64,000 nucleotides of DNA from Alphaproteobacteria bacterium (GTDB lineage Bacteria; Pseudomonadota; Alphaproteobacteria; JAAEOK01): contig JAAEOK010000033.1 of NCBI GenBank assembly GCA_024244705.1, positions 20,534 to 84,533 of the forward strand. The letters run 5' to 3'. Below, one piece after another: positions 9,121 through 18,027 of the stretch. The notes beneath the pieces were generated by a model, which worked only from the letters and a program-made list of their open reading frames with translations, was not told the DNA's origin and did not search any database. Every line of letters begins with the position of its first letter. The stretch's first letter is position 1. A program made the translations under genes and the position numbers.

Positions 9121-9389
9121 CTCATTGGGCCGCGGTGCCCGATTTTGTCGTTCGCGATTGGGGATCGCAATGGTTATGGGTGGAATTCTCAGGGCGCCAA
9201 ATGATCACCCGGTTGCGAGAAAATCTGACCGAAGCCGTGGATCGAATCCCCGATCCCGGCGCGCCGGAGGCAGCTCCAGAACTGCGCCTGGTTGCTGGTG
9301 ATAACGGGCTTGCCGGTGAGCCGCTCGACCTCTTCGGCGACTTCCAGCGACCGGATACCACCGCAGCTGAGGAATATGGCTTCGGCGCC
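9121..9389. repeat. Left copy of an imperfect direct repeat (3' end plus downstream flank of the racemase-family gene)
   Basis: Aligns by eye with 19038-19293. Both copies begin with ctcattgg and share gcaatggttatggg, attctcagggcgccaaa and ccccgatcccggcgcgccggaggcagctccagaactgcgcctggtt. I count about 26 mismatches over about 225 aligned nt, plus a ~13-nt indel in the non-coding part. Confidence 0.85.
9189..9389 (-). pseudogene. Truncated 3' fragment (last ~65 codons) of an Asp/Glu racemase / maleate isomerase-family gene
   Basis: The C-terminal part of ORF 9189..9572 reads AIFLSCGGIRSLEVAEEVERLTGKPVITSNQAQFWSCLRRAGIGDSIHGFGQIFSQPGDHLAP. This is near-identical to the C-terminus of the intact 262-aa gene at 19093..19881. 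The upstream part of the ORF has no similarity to that gene. Confidence 0.85.
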
Positions 9390-9445
9390 TGCCGGATCTC
9401 CAGGACTTTCGGCGATCCGTACCGGGTGTTGACAACCGCTTTCAT
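9389..9445 (-). pseudogene. N-terminal remnant (~19 codons) of an MDR-superfamily (quinone oxidoreductase / Zn-ADH-like) gene
   Basis: ATG at 9445 is preceded by AGGAGGAGGAAGAG and encodes MKAVVNTRYGSPKVLEIRQ, the stereotyped N-terminus of MDR oxidoreductases. Similarity ends at the junction with the racemase fragment. Confidence 0.5.
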
Positions 9446-10079
9446 AGACTCTTCCTCCTCCTTCACCCTCGCCTCGCGAAGCTCCGCCGCAAAATTCCCA
9501 ATGTTGCTGAGACTCATCCCGAAGTAGTTGAGATTCGGCCCGTCGAATTGAAAAAATCGATAGCGCTATCAACGTTAGAAGAATGGCAATTTTTCGCCGA
9601 TTTCTGCCAAAGCATCATCTGGTGTGAAGGATTGAGTTGGGCCAAGAGACGCCAGCGGCATCCCGATTCCCTATGTCTGGTTTTGGCACGCAGCTGCCGA
9701 ATTGACTATTGCAATTGGACGACCGTTTTGTGGTCCGAAAGCCGACATTCTAATCGTCGGTCTTGAATGTTCGAATTGGGCCACGATAGATCTTTGGCCA
9801 TGAAGGTTTGGTTGCCCGTTCTTGGGATTATGGTTAGCGATTAGCACCACAACTGACGCCCATAGGATTTCGAATATGCGACCACGAATCAAGGATCCGT
9901 CGGCCACCGAACGTCGTGATGATTAGTGGACAGGCCAATTTCGGACGCTATGCGGACACAAAAGAATATCGCAACAACGTGACGGCCTAAGTCATTTGAG
10001 CGGCCCGAGACATAATCGACATTTCGTACCGGAGACATGGGTAACACATTTGGCCTGTTCTATCGGGCGGGAGGTGTTG

Positions 10080-10157
10080 ATGCCGTGGAAAGAGAGTTCG
10101 GTGATGGAAAAACGCCTTCGCTTTGTTGCCCGCCTGCTGGACGGCGAACCGATGACG
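10080..10157 (+). mobile_element. IS481-family-like transposase N-terminal remnant (26 codons)
   Basis: GGGAGG then ATG 10080 encodes MPWKESSVMEKRLRFVARLLDGEPMT. This matches the stereotyped MPWKE..M..R..F. N-terminus of IS481-type transposases as I recall it. The expected HTH and DDE regions are absent after about nt 10160. Confidence 0.45.
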
Positions 10158-10361
10158 GGGACCCCCTGCTACGCGACCAACGACCTGACGTGCTATGCTC
10201 GTCCTAGTCGATCGGGAGGGGTATTATGCGACGGACAGTTTTCGCGTTCGCGCCCCGACTGTTGCCCGCCGTCCTGCTGCTCGACAGCGCGAAACCGTTG
10301 GTCCTGTCCTCTTCTATGATATTTCCGGTCATTCGACCGGCGGGCGGCTAGGAGTCAAGGG

Positions 10362-11351
10362 ATGAAAACACTGAACGCCATGCGGCTCTGGCGGCCATTC
10401 TCGAAATGGCCACTTAAAGTACTTTTCATGGTGTTTTATTTACCCGCCGCATTTCTGCCCGGAACACTGCGCGCCGGCGACGCACCGCAGTTTCCACCAG
10501 CCAGCCGAATCGGGCTTGTGCCGCCGACGGGGTTTGTGGTCAGCCCCGACTTCACGGGCTTCATGGATCGCGAGGCGGTCGCCTCGATCGTCATCACCGA
10601 GATGCCGAAGGAGGCTTATGGTGATCTCGAAGCCGGGTTCACGGAAGACAACCTCGCGGCTCAGGGCATGGCGCTACAGGGGCCTTGTCCCGACCTGGCC
10701 ATTACCTTCGAGCACCGCTGCTTCCGCGCCAGTCAGGAGGCGAGCGGCTACCTCTTCCAGAAATGGTTCTTGATCGCTAGGCTCGGCACCGAGACCGCCT
10801 TGGTCTTGGTGACCATGCCCGACCTTGTCTTGCAGGCTGGCGTCTATAGCGAGGCCGTGGTCGAGGCTGCCCTCTCGTCGATCGCCTATAGCGAGGACCT
10901 GACCACCGACCCTCTCGAAGTCTTGCCCTTCGCCATCGCGGAGGGAGATCTCTTACCCTTCAAGGACACCATGGGTGGAAGTGCAGCGCTCTTTGTCGGT
11001 GAGGCCACCGCCGAGGGGCCGCAGCCCGCGTGGATCGTCGCCGCTTCGCTCGGTCCCGGCACCAATGCCGCAAATATCGAATTCGGGCGGCTCGCCTTTC
11101 AAGAAATCGCCACCGTATTGGACGCCAGGGTGACCGAAGAACGGCGGATCACTGTCGGCCCGCTAGCGGGACACGTGCTCGAGGGAACGGGCACGGACGA
11201 GGTGACCGGAGACGACCTCTTCGTCTTCCAGGCCATTCTTGTCGACGCCGAAGACACCTATTACCGCCTCGTCGGCCTCGCTCCGATGACGCAAAAGGAG
11301 CTCTATCGGCCCGAGTTCTTTCGACTGACACAGACGCTCGAACCGCGCTAA
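10362..11351 (+). CDS. Secreted hypothetical protein (island gene A)
   Basis: AGGAG lies 7 nt upstream of ATG 10362. N-terminal hydrophobic signal-like segment KVLFMVFYLPAAFLPGTLRA. No recognisable catalytic motif. Confidence 0.6.
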   Translation: MKTLNAMRLWRPFSKWPLKVLFMVFYLPAAFLPGTLRAGDAPQFPPASRIGLVPPTGFVVSPDFTGFMDREAVASIVITEMPKEAYGDLEAGFTEDNLAAQGMALQGPCPDLAITFEHRCFRASQEASGYLFQKWFLIARLGTETALVLVTMPDLVLQAGVYSEAVVEAALSSIAYSEDLTTDPLEVLPFAIAEGDLLPFKDTMGGSAALFVGEATAEGPQPAWIVAASLGPGTNAANIEFGRLAFQEIATVLDARVTEERRITVGPLAGHVLEGTGTDEVTGDDLFVFQAILVDAEDTYYRLVGLAPMTQKELYRPEFFRLTQTLEPR

Positions 11352-11544
11352 TCCAGTACGTCACCGGATGTGCCGGCGCCAGCGCCATACGGCAAGCGCG
11401 GAACTGCACGGCCGCCATTGACTTGCCCCATAGCTGGTTACTTGGTGTACGATAAGCATCCGGACCCAGATGAGGCGATAGGATTGCTTGGCAATTCGCC
11501 GGTCCGAGCACCTCGGCTCAAAGACAACCAGCGGGGGAAATGCC

Positions 11545-12960
11545 ATGTCAATCTTGAAGTCGATCAAGACCGCGGCACTCGCCGCGGCTTTTGTGCTCGC
11601 TCTGGCCCAATCGGCAGTCGCTGCCAGCAACATCCTGTTCATTCTAGACGGTTCGAATTCGATGTGGGGCCAGCTCGAAGGCACCGCCAAGATCGCAACC
11701 GCGAAGAACGTCCTCGCCAACCTCATGACCGGCCTGCCGCCCGACACAAATGTCGGCCTGATGGCCTACGGCCATCGTGCAAAGTCGGATTGCGCCGATG
11801 TGGAGTTGCTGTCAGGAATCGGCGCCGATACGGGAATTGCGCTCCTCCGCAAGATCAAAGACATCTCGCCGAAGGGAAAGACACCTATTGCGGCCTCGCT
11901 GGCGCAAAGTGAACACGCCTTCGACGGCAGACTGGTGGAGAACAACAACATCATCCTGATATCCGACGGCATCGAGACCTGCGATGGCGACCCCTGCAAG
12001 GTTGCGGGCGAGCTACGGACCAAGGGCATCAACGTGCGGGTCCATGTCGTCGGCTTCAATGTCGAAGGCGAGGCCCGCCGGCAGCTCGAATGTATCGCGA
12101 ACGCGGGCAACGGCCAGTATTTCAACGCCGAGTCGACGATCGGATTCCAGGAAGCGATCCAGCAAGTGCAACAAGTCGCCCAGGCCGAACCCGAGCCGGC
12201 ACCGGCGCCCGCGCCGGCTGGGCCGACAATAACCGAAGTGTTCCGAGACGACTTCGACGGCGATGTGCTCGGCGAACATTGGGATGTCCTCAATCCGGAC
12301 ATCGAAAGCTACATCGTCGAGGATGGCTTTCTCAACGTCCTGTCCTCCACAGAACTAACGCTGTACAGCCACGATGACGCACTCGCGAATGTGTTCCAAC
12401 TGACCGAACCTCTCCCGGACGGAGACTGGATAGCGACCATGCGGGTGCTGCCTTCGATCACAACTTTCCGGGAAAGCTTCTCTCTTGCGCTTTATACGGA
12501 CAAGGACAACTTTCTCGCTGCTACCGCGGGGAGCGGCGTCAACGCGCACGCTGGAAATGTCTACGTCCATCTTTCCGCCAACAAGGTCACGAGGGGCAAA
12601 TACACAAGTTTTGGCAGCTACATGTTCTACAGCGAGGAGGCACTGGGACACCGCAACGTCTCTCAAAATATTGCGGCTTATTCCGAATTGGCGACCCGCG
12701 ACATCCAAGCAATAGTGTTACGTGTCGAGAAGGTCGGTCGGAGCTATTTCGTTTCCGGGAAAGTAGAAGGCGACCCAACGACGGCCGATAGTGAGGAAGG
12801 GCAATGGGTCGAACTGGAAAAACTCACGGCCCTGAGACCGCCGGGAAAGTTCCTGATAATTTCTATCGGTCAACAAATTTCAGATGGTGCCGATAAGCAC
12901 TTGATGGGAGGCGAGACGTTTGTGCAGGTCGATTGGGTGAAGATCGAAACGACGGAATAG
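11545..12960 (+). CDS. Secreted VWA (MIDAS) domain protein with C-terminal concanavalin-A/LamG-like lectin domain (island gene B)
   Basis: Internal ATG 11545 is preceded by GGGGGA. Signal peptide MSILKSIKTAALAAAFVLALAQSAVA. VWA core ILFILDGSNSMWG (DxSxS MIDAS) ... IILISDGIETCDG. A PEPAPAPAPAGP linker follows. The C-terminal domain starts FRDDFDGDVLGEHWDVLNP, which is typical of DUF1349/LamG-like folds. Confidence 0.8.
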   Translation: MSILKSIKTAALAAAFVLALAQSAVAASNILFILDGSNSMWGQLEGTAKIATAKNVLANLMTGLPPDTNVGLMAYGHRAKSDCADVELLSGIGADTGIALLRKIKDISPKGKTPIAASLAQSEHAFDGRLVENNNIILISDGIETCDGDPCKVAGELRTKGINVRVHVVGFNVEGEARRQLECIANAGNGQYFNAESTIGFQEAIQQVQQVAQAEPEPAPAPAPAGPTITEVFRDDFDGDVLGEHWDVLNPDIESYIVEDGFLNVLSSTELTLYSHDDALANVFQLTEPLPDGDWIATMRVLPSITTFRESFSLALYTDKDNFLAATAGSGVNAHAGNVYVHLSANKVTRGKYTSFGSYMFYSEEALGHRNVSQNIAAYSELATRDIQAIVLRVEKVGRSYFVSGKVEGDPTTADSEEGQWVELEKLTALRPPGKFLIISIGQQISDGADKHLMGGETFVQVDWVKIETTE

Positions 12961-12981
12961 GCCCCCACCGGCCGCAGGTGT

Positions 12982-14655
12982 TCACTCAATGTCCTGGATG
13001 GCACGGGCCAGCAGGCGACGCGACATCTTGGGCGACAACGCCTCGCTCTTCGTCACTTCCGCCTCGCCCGCGAGCGCCGGTGTTTTCGTTGCCTCGAGGC
13101 GCTTGACGATCTCGCCGTCCGGCTGCACGTAATGGTGCCGCCATAGGGTCGTTTCGGAAGAGGATTTAAGCAGACTTTCGAGATCCAGCAGCCGCGCCAA
13201 TTCGACCTCCTCAGGGGTTGGCGGCACGGCCGCCTGTTGAGGCGACGCCGCCGACGCTTCGACGGACGCACCTTCTTTTTCCGCCACCTCCGTTTCCCCG
13301 CCAACCTGTCTCTTTTTTTCGATTTCCGTCTCCGGGTCAGGGTCGGTGGCGGTCACGCGCGGTTCGGGCTCGTCCGGCAGGCCGAGGGTCGCACTCATCG
13401 CCGCCGCAATGTCGGCGGCTTCGGCCGTCGCGTTGAAGCTGCCGGCGCCGAGGCCGGCAAGAAAGGTCAATTCGAAAATCGAGCCGTCGTCCAGGGCGGC
13501 CCCGTAGACACCGAAGATCGCGAAGTCGGGTTCCGTATCGGCAATCGCCGACTCGACGGTCTGCGCGTTCAGTTCCATGGCCCTCACCGGATTGCTACCG
13601 ATCCACCGGCCGGAAAGCGCGAAACGGTATACGCCCGGATCCGGCGCCCCAATAAAAATGGTGCCATGGGTGACGTGATATTGGGCTGAGCGGCCACTGT
13701 CTTCCGGTACTTCGACCGAGCGAACCACGGTCTCCAGGCCGCGAACCAGATTGCCTTGGCCATCGTAGACCGGCGTCGGGAGTCCGGACAGCGACAGCAG
13801 AATGGCACCGGGACGATCCGTCTTGTAGGAAAACCAATCGACGTCGGCGGCGGGGTAAAGGCTGATCGCGACCGTCCGTCCGTCGCTGAGGTCACAGGCC
13901 GTCGCGGCCTCGTGGTTGGGCTCGCATTGATCCCAATTGGGAGCGTAGTCGAACCGCAGCTCGACCGGCGCCGGCTGCGGAACATCGCCGTGAAGGGTGA
14001 GCGCGACATCGCCTTCGTCGAGCAGACGGGTCTCGCCGAATTGCCACGCCGCACCGTCCTCGTCTGCCGGTATCAACCGATATCGTAACGCCGGATCGAC
14101 GAATGCGGGTATCCGCAGGGTCGGTGTCACATAGCCGGGCGCCGTCAGACGGAGGACAAAGTGGTCCGCGTCGTCGGCGGGGAACAACGTCACCGGACCG
14201 CCACCGCTCGACCGTTCCGGACCCAGTTCGAAGACGAAAGCGGTCTCGCGCGAATCGTTGGGCTCGAAGGCGTCGATGTCGGGCGACCAGAAGGCGAGCG
14301 CGCCACCGCCATGGCCGTCCCATTGGTCGAAGCCCTGGTCCGCGTCGTAGCGTGCGTCGCGCCGCAGCCGCACGACATAAGGCCCCGCCGTGGAAATACG
14401 CGCGCCGCCGCGGCCAATGACCATGCCGTCCGCATCCAGAACTTCGACGGCCACTTTCTTCAGCGTCTCGGGATCGGTCTCGAAAGCAAGCAGGCCCGGC
14501 GCCGGCAGTCGCATCGGATAGTCGAGATGTCCACCCGGCTTCGACAGATGGAAGGAGACCTTCTCATCAACCTCGTAGTGTCTGTCATCGGCCGCTGCCG
14601 GAAGCTGCCATGCCAGCATCGATGCGATAAGCGGCAGGATCGCGCGCCTGACCAT
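12982..14655 (-). CDS. Secreted protein with two pre-peptidase C-terminal (PPC)-like domains and an acidic C-terminal tail (island gene C)
   Basis: Signal peptide MVRRAILPLIASMLAWQLPAAA. Two copies of the PPC-type pattern: FEPNDSRETAF...LFPADDADHFVL and CEPNHEAATACDL...LYPAADVDWFSYK. The start is 3 nt after the stop of gene D. Confidence 0.65.
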   Translation of the reverse strand: MVRRAILPLIASMLAWQLPAAADDRHYEVDEKVSFHLSKPGGHLDYPMRLPAPGLLAFETDPETLKKVAVEVLDADGMVIGRGGARISTAGPYVVRLRRDARYDADQGFDQWDGHGGGALAFWSPDIDAFEPNDSRETAFVFELGPERSSGGGPVTLFPADDADHFVLRLTAPGYVTPTLRIPAFVDPALRYRLIPADEDGAAWQFGETRLLDEGDVALTLHGDVPQPAPVELRFDYAPNWDQCEPNHEAATACDLSDGRTVAISLYPAADVDWFSYKTDRPGAILLSLSGLPTPVYDGQGNLVRGLETVVRSVEVPEDSGRSAQYHVTHGTIFIGAPDPGVYRFALSGRWIGSNPVRAMELNAQTVESAIADTEPDFAIFGVYGAALDDGSIFELTFLAGLGAGSFNATAEAADIAAAMSATLGLPDEPEPRVTATDPDPETEIEKKRQVGGETEVAEKEGASVEASAASPQQAAVPPTPEEVELARLLDLESLLKSSSETTLWRHHYVQPDGEIVKRLEATKTPALAGEAEVTKSEALSPKMSRRLLARAIQDIE

Positions 14656-14658
14656 GGC

Positions 14659-17600
14659 TTATTGCGCGCTTCCCAGAGCGACGGCATCGAGACCCATGAG
14701 CCGTTGGACCGCATCGTGTACGCGGTCCTTGGTTATCGTCCGTTCGCGCAATTCGCCGGCTTCGCCTCTCAGGCCGGGCACCTTGGGCCCGCGAGCTTCC
14801 TGTTTGTTCTGGTCCCGCGAACGCGACCAGTTTATCGACCACACGGTTCGGCCGCGGGACTTGACATAGGAGACGGGGTGACGGCGGACCGTTAATGTTG
14901 CCTGGTCATTGGCGTCGTCCTCGTGGTCGCTTTCCCGGTATTCGATCGCCTCGACCCAGTAGTTCGGAACGGATGAGCCACCACCGGTGCCGACCCGATA
15001 TGCCGTCCAGCGCAACTCTTTCGGCTTGTCTTCCTTGTCCGGCTGTCGTTTCGGCTCGTCGGGCTCGATCTCGGCGACCGCACCGGTGGCGCTGCTGCCA
15101 CACGTTGTCTCACCGTCCGAGAAGACCAACAGCTTCCGCTTCGGAAATTGTGCCACGGTTTGCAGGTAGTTGTTGGCAAATCGAATGGCATCGCCGAGTG
15201 GCGTATCGCCCGATGGTTCAATGCCATGAAGGACATTGACTATTTCTTCGTGGTCGTTGGTGAATGGCACCACCGTCTGAATCCGGTTGCAATCAAAGAA
15301 AACAATCAGTGCGGCTTCATCGGTCACGCGCAGTTTCCTTACGGCTTCGGCGATACCGTCTTTCGCCTCAACCATGCGCCCGGCGTCCTCCATCGAGCCC
15401 GAGGCGTCCAGCAGCAGAACAATCGAGCGTCCGGCGGCGTCGAGCTTGTGCCATTCATCGGTGCCGCCACCGTCGGTCTTGCCGCCGTAGCGGACGTTTT
15501 CCTCCAGCCCGTACCACCTCTTGTCGTCCCAGTCATACCATGCGGCGGACCGTGGATCGGCGTCGATGCGAGGCCCATCCTTGACCCGCGCATCGACAAG
15601 AAAGGCGAGTTCCTTGTCCTCCGCGAGTATTTTCGCCACCGCGTCGGAGGGTGGAATGGTAACGGTGTAGTCATAGGATCCTTGCTCGACACGTGTCGGT
15701 AGCTCTGCCCGGTAACCCTCGGGATATCCCGGCTGCTTACCGCTGGCCAATCGCACCGTGACGTCGACAACAGGCTCTGCGAAACTGAGGTACACCTTCG
15801 CGGCCGCATCCGGATCGTAGCCTTCGTTGACCGTGACAACGAGCTTTCGGGCGCCATCGCGGTCGGGGTCGGGACGCCACGTCGCCCGGTAAATGGCCTC
15901 GCCGTTCTGCAGGACCGCGAGCTTCACGAGATGGGCGGTCGGATCGAGCTTATGGATCGGCAATTTCCGTCCACTGAGCCTGTCGTTTCCTCCAATCGAA
16001 GCGCCGCCTTCCCACATCGTCACGCGCAGGGTGCCGCCATCCTCCACCGATAATCGAGGCGCGGTCTCCGGCTTTTCGTCGAAGCGGCCGATCCAGGAAT
16101 CGAAGCCGGACACCGCGACCTCCAATTCGACCACCTCTTCGCCGCCCGCCAAGCGTTTCGCCGCCTCCTCGAAGAAGTAGACGTCGTCGTCAAATCGCTC
16201 GAACTCGTTGTCGACGAATTCCTCGAACTCGTAGTCGACAAATCCTTCGAACTCGTTATAGAAAATCTTGCCGTCGCTCCGATACGTTTTCGATCTCAAT
16301 GTCGCTTTGAGATTAATTTCCTCGCCGCCGACATCGAGCGCCGCCAATTGGTCTACCGGCCGGCTGGTCTTGACGCGAAAGCGCACCTTCTTGTTTTCCT
16401 CTTTGTCGAATCTGATGCCTTCGGTCAGAATCGTCCGAGTGCGCCAGGTGCCCGGCCGCGACGATGGCTCGCGAACGACCTTCCAAACCGGGCGCCAATC
16501 CGGGGGGAAGCCGATGGCCTCGTCGACGTCGACGATGAACGACGTCACGACCGGCGGCGTCAGGATCGCCGCCGCCAACTCGAACGAATTCGCGGCAAGG
16601 GCTTTGATCGCCTCATTGGGGCCGATCTCGTCGTCGCGCTCGACCGGATTCGTGTTGACCGCGACCAGGAACAATCGCGTGCGGGGGAAATCCTCGATCT
16701 CGACACTCGCCCACTTCTCGCGGAAACGCTGACCCGGGAAATCGTGGACTTTCCACTGCTCGATCGGGCCGTCGTCGTCGTAGCCGCGGCGCGGTACTTC
16801 GACCAGACGGAAATCCCAGTAAGGGTGAGACGCACCGCGCACCGCCACCGACAGCCGGCTGAGGTTTTGCTCCTCCTTGATGTCGTAAAATCCGGCCAGC
16901 GCCGAACGCGCCGGTTCGATCTCATAGTAGCCGATCTGAAAGGGCATCAGATCGCGTTTCAGCGGCACCAAGCGGGTGCCTTCCAGTTTGTCGAGTGCAG
17001 TACGTATCAGTTCGAGCTCGTTACTAGCGGCAATATCGGGATGCATTCCGTCGATATAGGCTTGCTTGACGTCATCGCGTTTTCGGAACGAGAACGTCGG
17101 GTTGAGGGACGGGCTTTGGATCAGTGTCGCGACGGCGAAGTCGCCGATTCGCGCCCTCATTTTTTCGCCCCAGGCGTATTCGTCGCCGAGGGCGATGGCC
17201 AGGGCTTGATAGGTATTGTGGCCGTCGACTTCGGCCGCCTCTTCCCATATGCGTCGGACGATGTCGTTCGATCCGGGATTTCTTTCAGAAAGATATTGGA
17301 AAAAGACCGAAGCCGCGTATTCGTTGGCGTCCTCGCTGCTCAGGGTCGACATCGACAGGCGATTGGCATCCCACGCCCCATACCGCTCCGCCCACCCGGT
17401 CGATAGCCAGTATTCCGGCGGCGGATCGAACGCCTTGTCCTCGACCCAGGTCGCCGTCGATTCCATCAGCCAGAACCGTTCCGCGACGTCGTAACCGAAC
17501 TGCACGACATGGAAGAATTCATGGGCCACCAGCGCCTTCAGATAATGCTCCTTCCACGCCTCGTCGGCGCTGTTTCCCCAGACATGCCGCTCCAAGCCGA

Positions 17601-18027
17601 TCTCGATCCACGGATTGTAAAGCACGCGCTCGCCGACAAGCTCGCCCAGAAAGCCCATATTCTGGTAGGCGACGCCGGTGGGTTTGAACCCCATCCGTTC
17701 GCTAACGGGAATGTCGGTGATATAGACGTCGACCTTATGCCCTTCGAGCCATGACGGTTCCGCGAAGCCGAGCTCGTCGAAGATCTTTGTCCGCGCTTCC
17801 TCGATATAATCGCCGACCGCTTTCGCATAGGCTTCGCTGGTCTGCCCTTCCTGGATCCCAGCCCGGAATGCGGACGGTCGCGACGCCTGATAGAGCACCC
17901 GAAAATGGTCCGTGTGATAGGTTTTCGCGGTCAGCCAGTCGCTCCAGCCCACTTTGGCGTCGGCGACGCCACCAAGGAAGAGCAGGACGACACCGGCCAT
18001 CGCCAATATGCGGAGCGCCGCTCTCAC
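14659..18027 (-). CDS. Secreted 1122-aa fusion: N-terminal HExxH gluzincin-like metalloprotease, large unknown middle, C-terminal VWA (MIDAS) domain (island gene D)
   Basis: Signal peptide MRAALRILAMAGVVLLFLGGVADA. Zinc motif LVAHEFFHVVQ followed by FWLMESTATWVED (a W-x-x-E-x-x-A-x-W third-ligand-type block). C-terminal VWA IVLLLDASGSMED ... LLVFSDGETTCG. The GTG start overlaps the stop of gene E (GTGA at 18024-18027). Confidence 0.8.
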   Translation of the reverse strand: MRAALRILAMAGVVLLFLGGVADAKVGWSDWLTAKTYHTDHFRVLYQASRPSAFRAGIQEGQTSEAYAKAVGDYIEEARTKIFDELGFAEPSWLEGHKVDVYITDIPVSERMGFKPTGVAYQNMGFLGELVGERVLYNPWIEIGLERHVWGNSADEAWKEHYLKALVAHEFFHVVQFGYDVAERFWLMESTATWVEDKAFDPPPEYWLSTGWAERYGAWDANRLSMSTLSSEDANEYAASVFFQYLSERNPGSNDIVRRIWEEAAEVDGHNTYQALAIALGDEYAWGEKMRARIGDFAVATLIQSPSLNPTFSFRKRDDVKQAYIDGMHPDIAASNELELIRTALDKLEGTRLVPLKRDLMPFQIGYYEIEPARSALAGFYDIKEEQNLSRLSVAVRGASHPYWDFRLVEVPRRGYDDDGPIEQWKVHDFPGQRFREKWASVEIEDFPRTRLFLVAVNTNPVERDDEIGPNEAIKALAANSFELAAAILTPPVVTSFIVDVDEAIGFPPDWRPVWKVVREPSSRPGTWRTRTILTEGIRFDKEENKKVRFRVKTSRPVDQLAALDVGGEEINLKATLRSKTYRSDGKIFYNEFEGFVDYEFEEFVDNEFERFDDDVYFFEEAAKRLAGGEEVVELEVAVSGFDSWIGRFDEKPETAPRLSVEDGGTLRVTMWEGGASIGGNDRLSGRKLPIHKLDPTAHLVKLAVLQNGEAIYRATWRPDPDRDGARKLVVTVNEGYDPDAAAKVYLSFAEPVVDVTVRLASGKQPGYPEGYRAELPTRVEQGSYDYTVTIPPSDAVAKILAEDKELAFLVDARVKDGPRIDADPRSAAWYDWDDKRWYGLEENVRYGGKTDGGGTDEWHKLDAAGRSIVLLLDASGSMEDAGRMVEAKDGIAEAVRKLRVTDEAALIVFFDCNRIQTVVPFTNDHEEIVNVLHGIEPSGDTPLGDAIRFANNYLQTVAQFPKRKLLVFSDGETTCGSSATGAVAEIEPDEPKRQPDKEDKPKELRWTAYRVGTGGGSSVPNYWVEAIEYRESDHEDDANDQATLTVRRHPVSYVKSRGRTVWSINWSRSRDQNKQEARGPKVPGLRGEAGELRERTITKDRVHDAVQRLMGLDAVALGSAQ
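16198..16262. repeat. 24-bp tandem repeat, about 2.7 copies, inside gene D
   Basis: ctcgaactcgttgtcgacgaattc / ctcgaactcgtagtcgacaaatcc / ttcgaactcgttataga. On the coding strand this encodes NEFEGFVD-YEFEEFVD-NEFERFDD. Confidence 0.7.

Noticed and set aside
9189-9572. 127-aa ORF treated as an intact gene
   Set aside because: Only its last ~65 codons have meaning, as a duplicate of the racemase-family C-terminus. The N-terminal half is unrelated read-through, so I called it a pseudogene fragment instead.
9996-10319. 107-aa ORF treated as an intact gene
   Set aside because: Only codons 29-54 (MPWKESS...GEPMT) resemble a transposase N-terminus. The rest is Cys/Pro/Ser-rich nonsense, so I called it an IS remnant.
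11352-11544. Possible promoter (TTGACT and a CCCCATAG string) between island genes A and B
   Set aside because: No -35/-10 pair has acceptable spacing, and the CCCCAT lacks a CTTG box 13-15 nt upstream. This is too weak to report.
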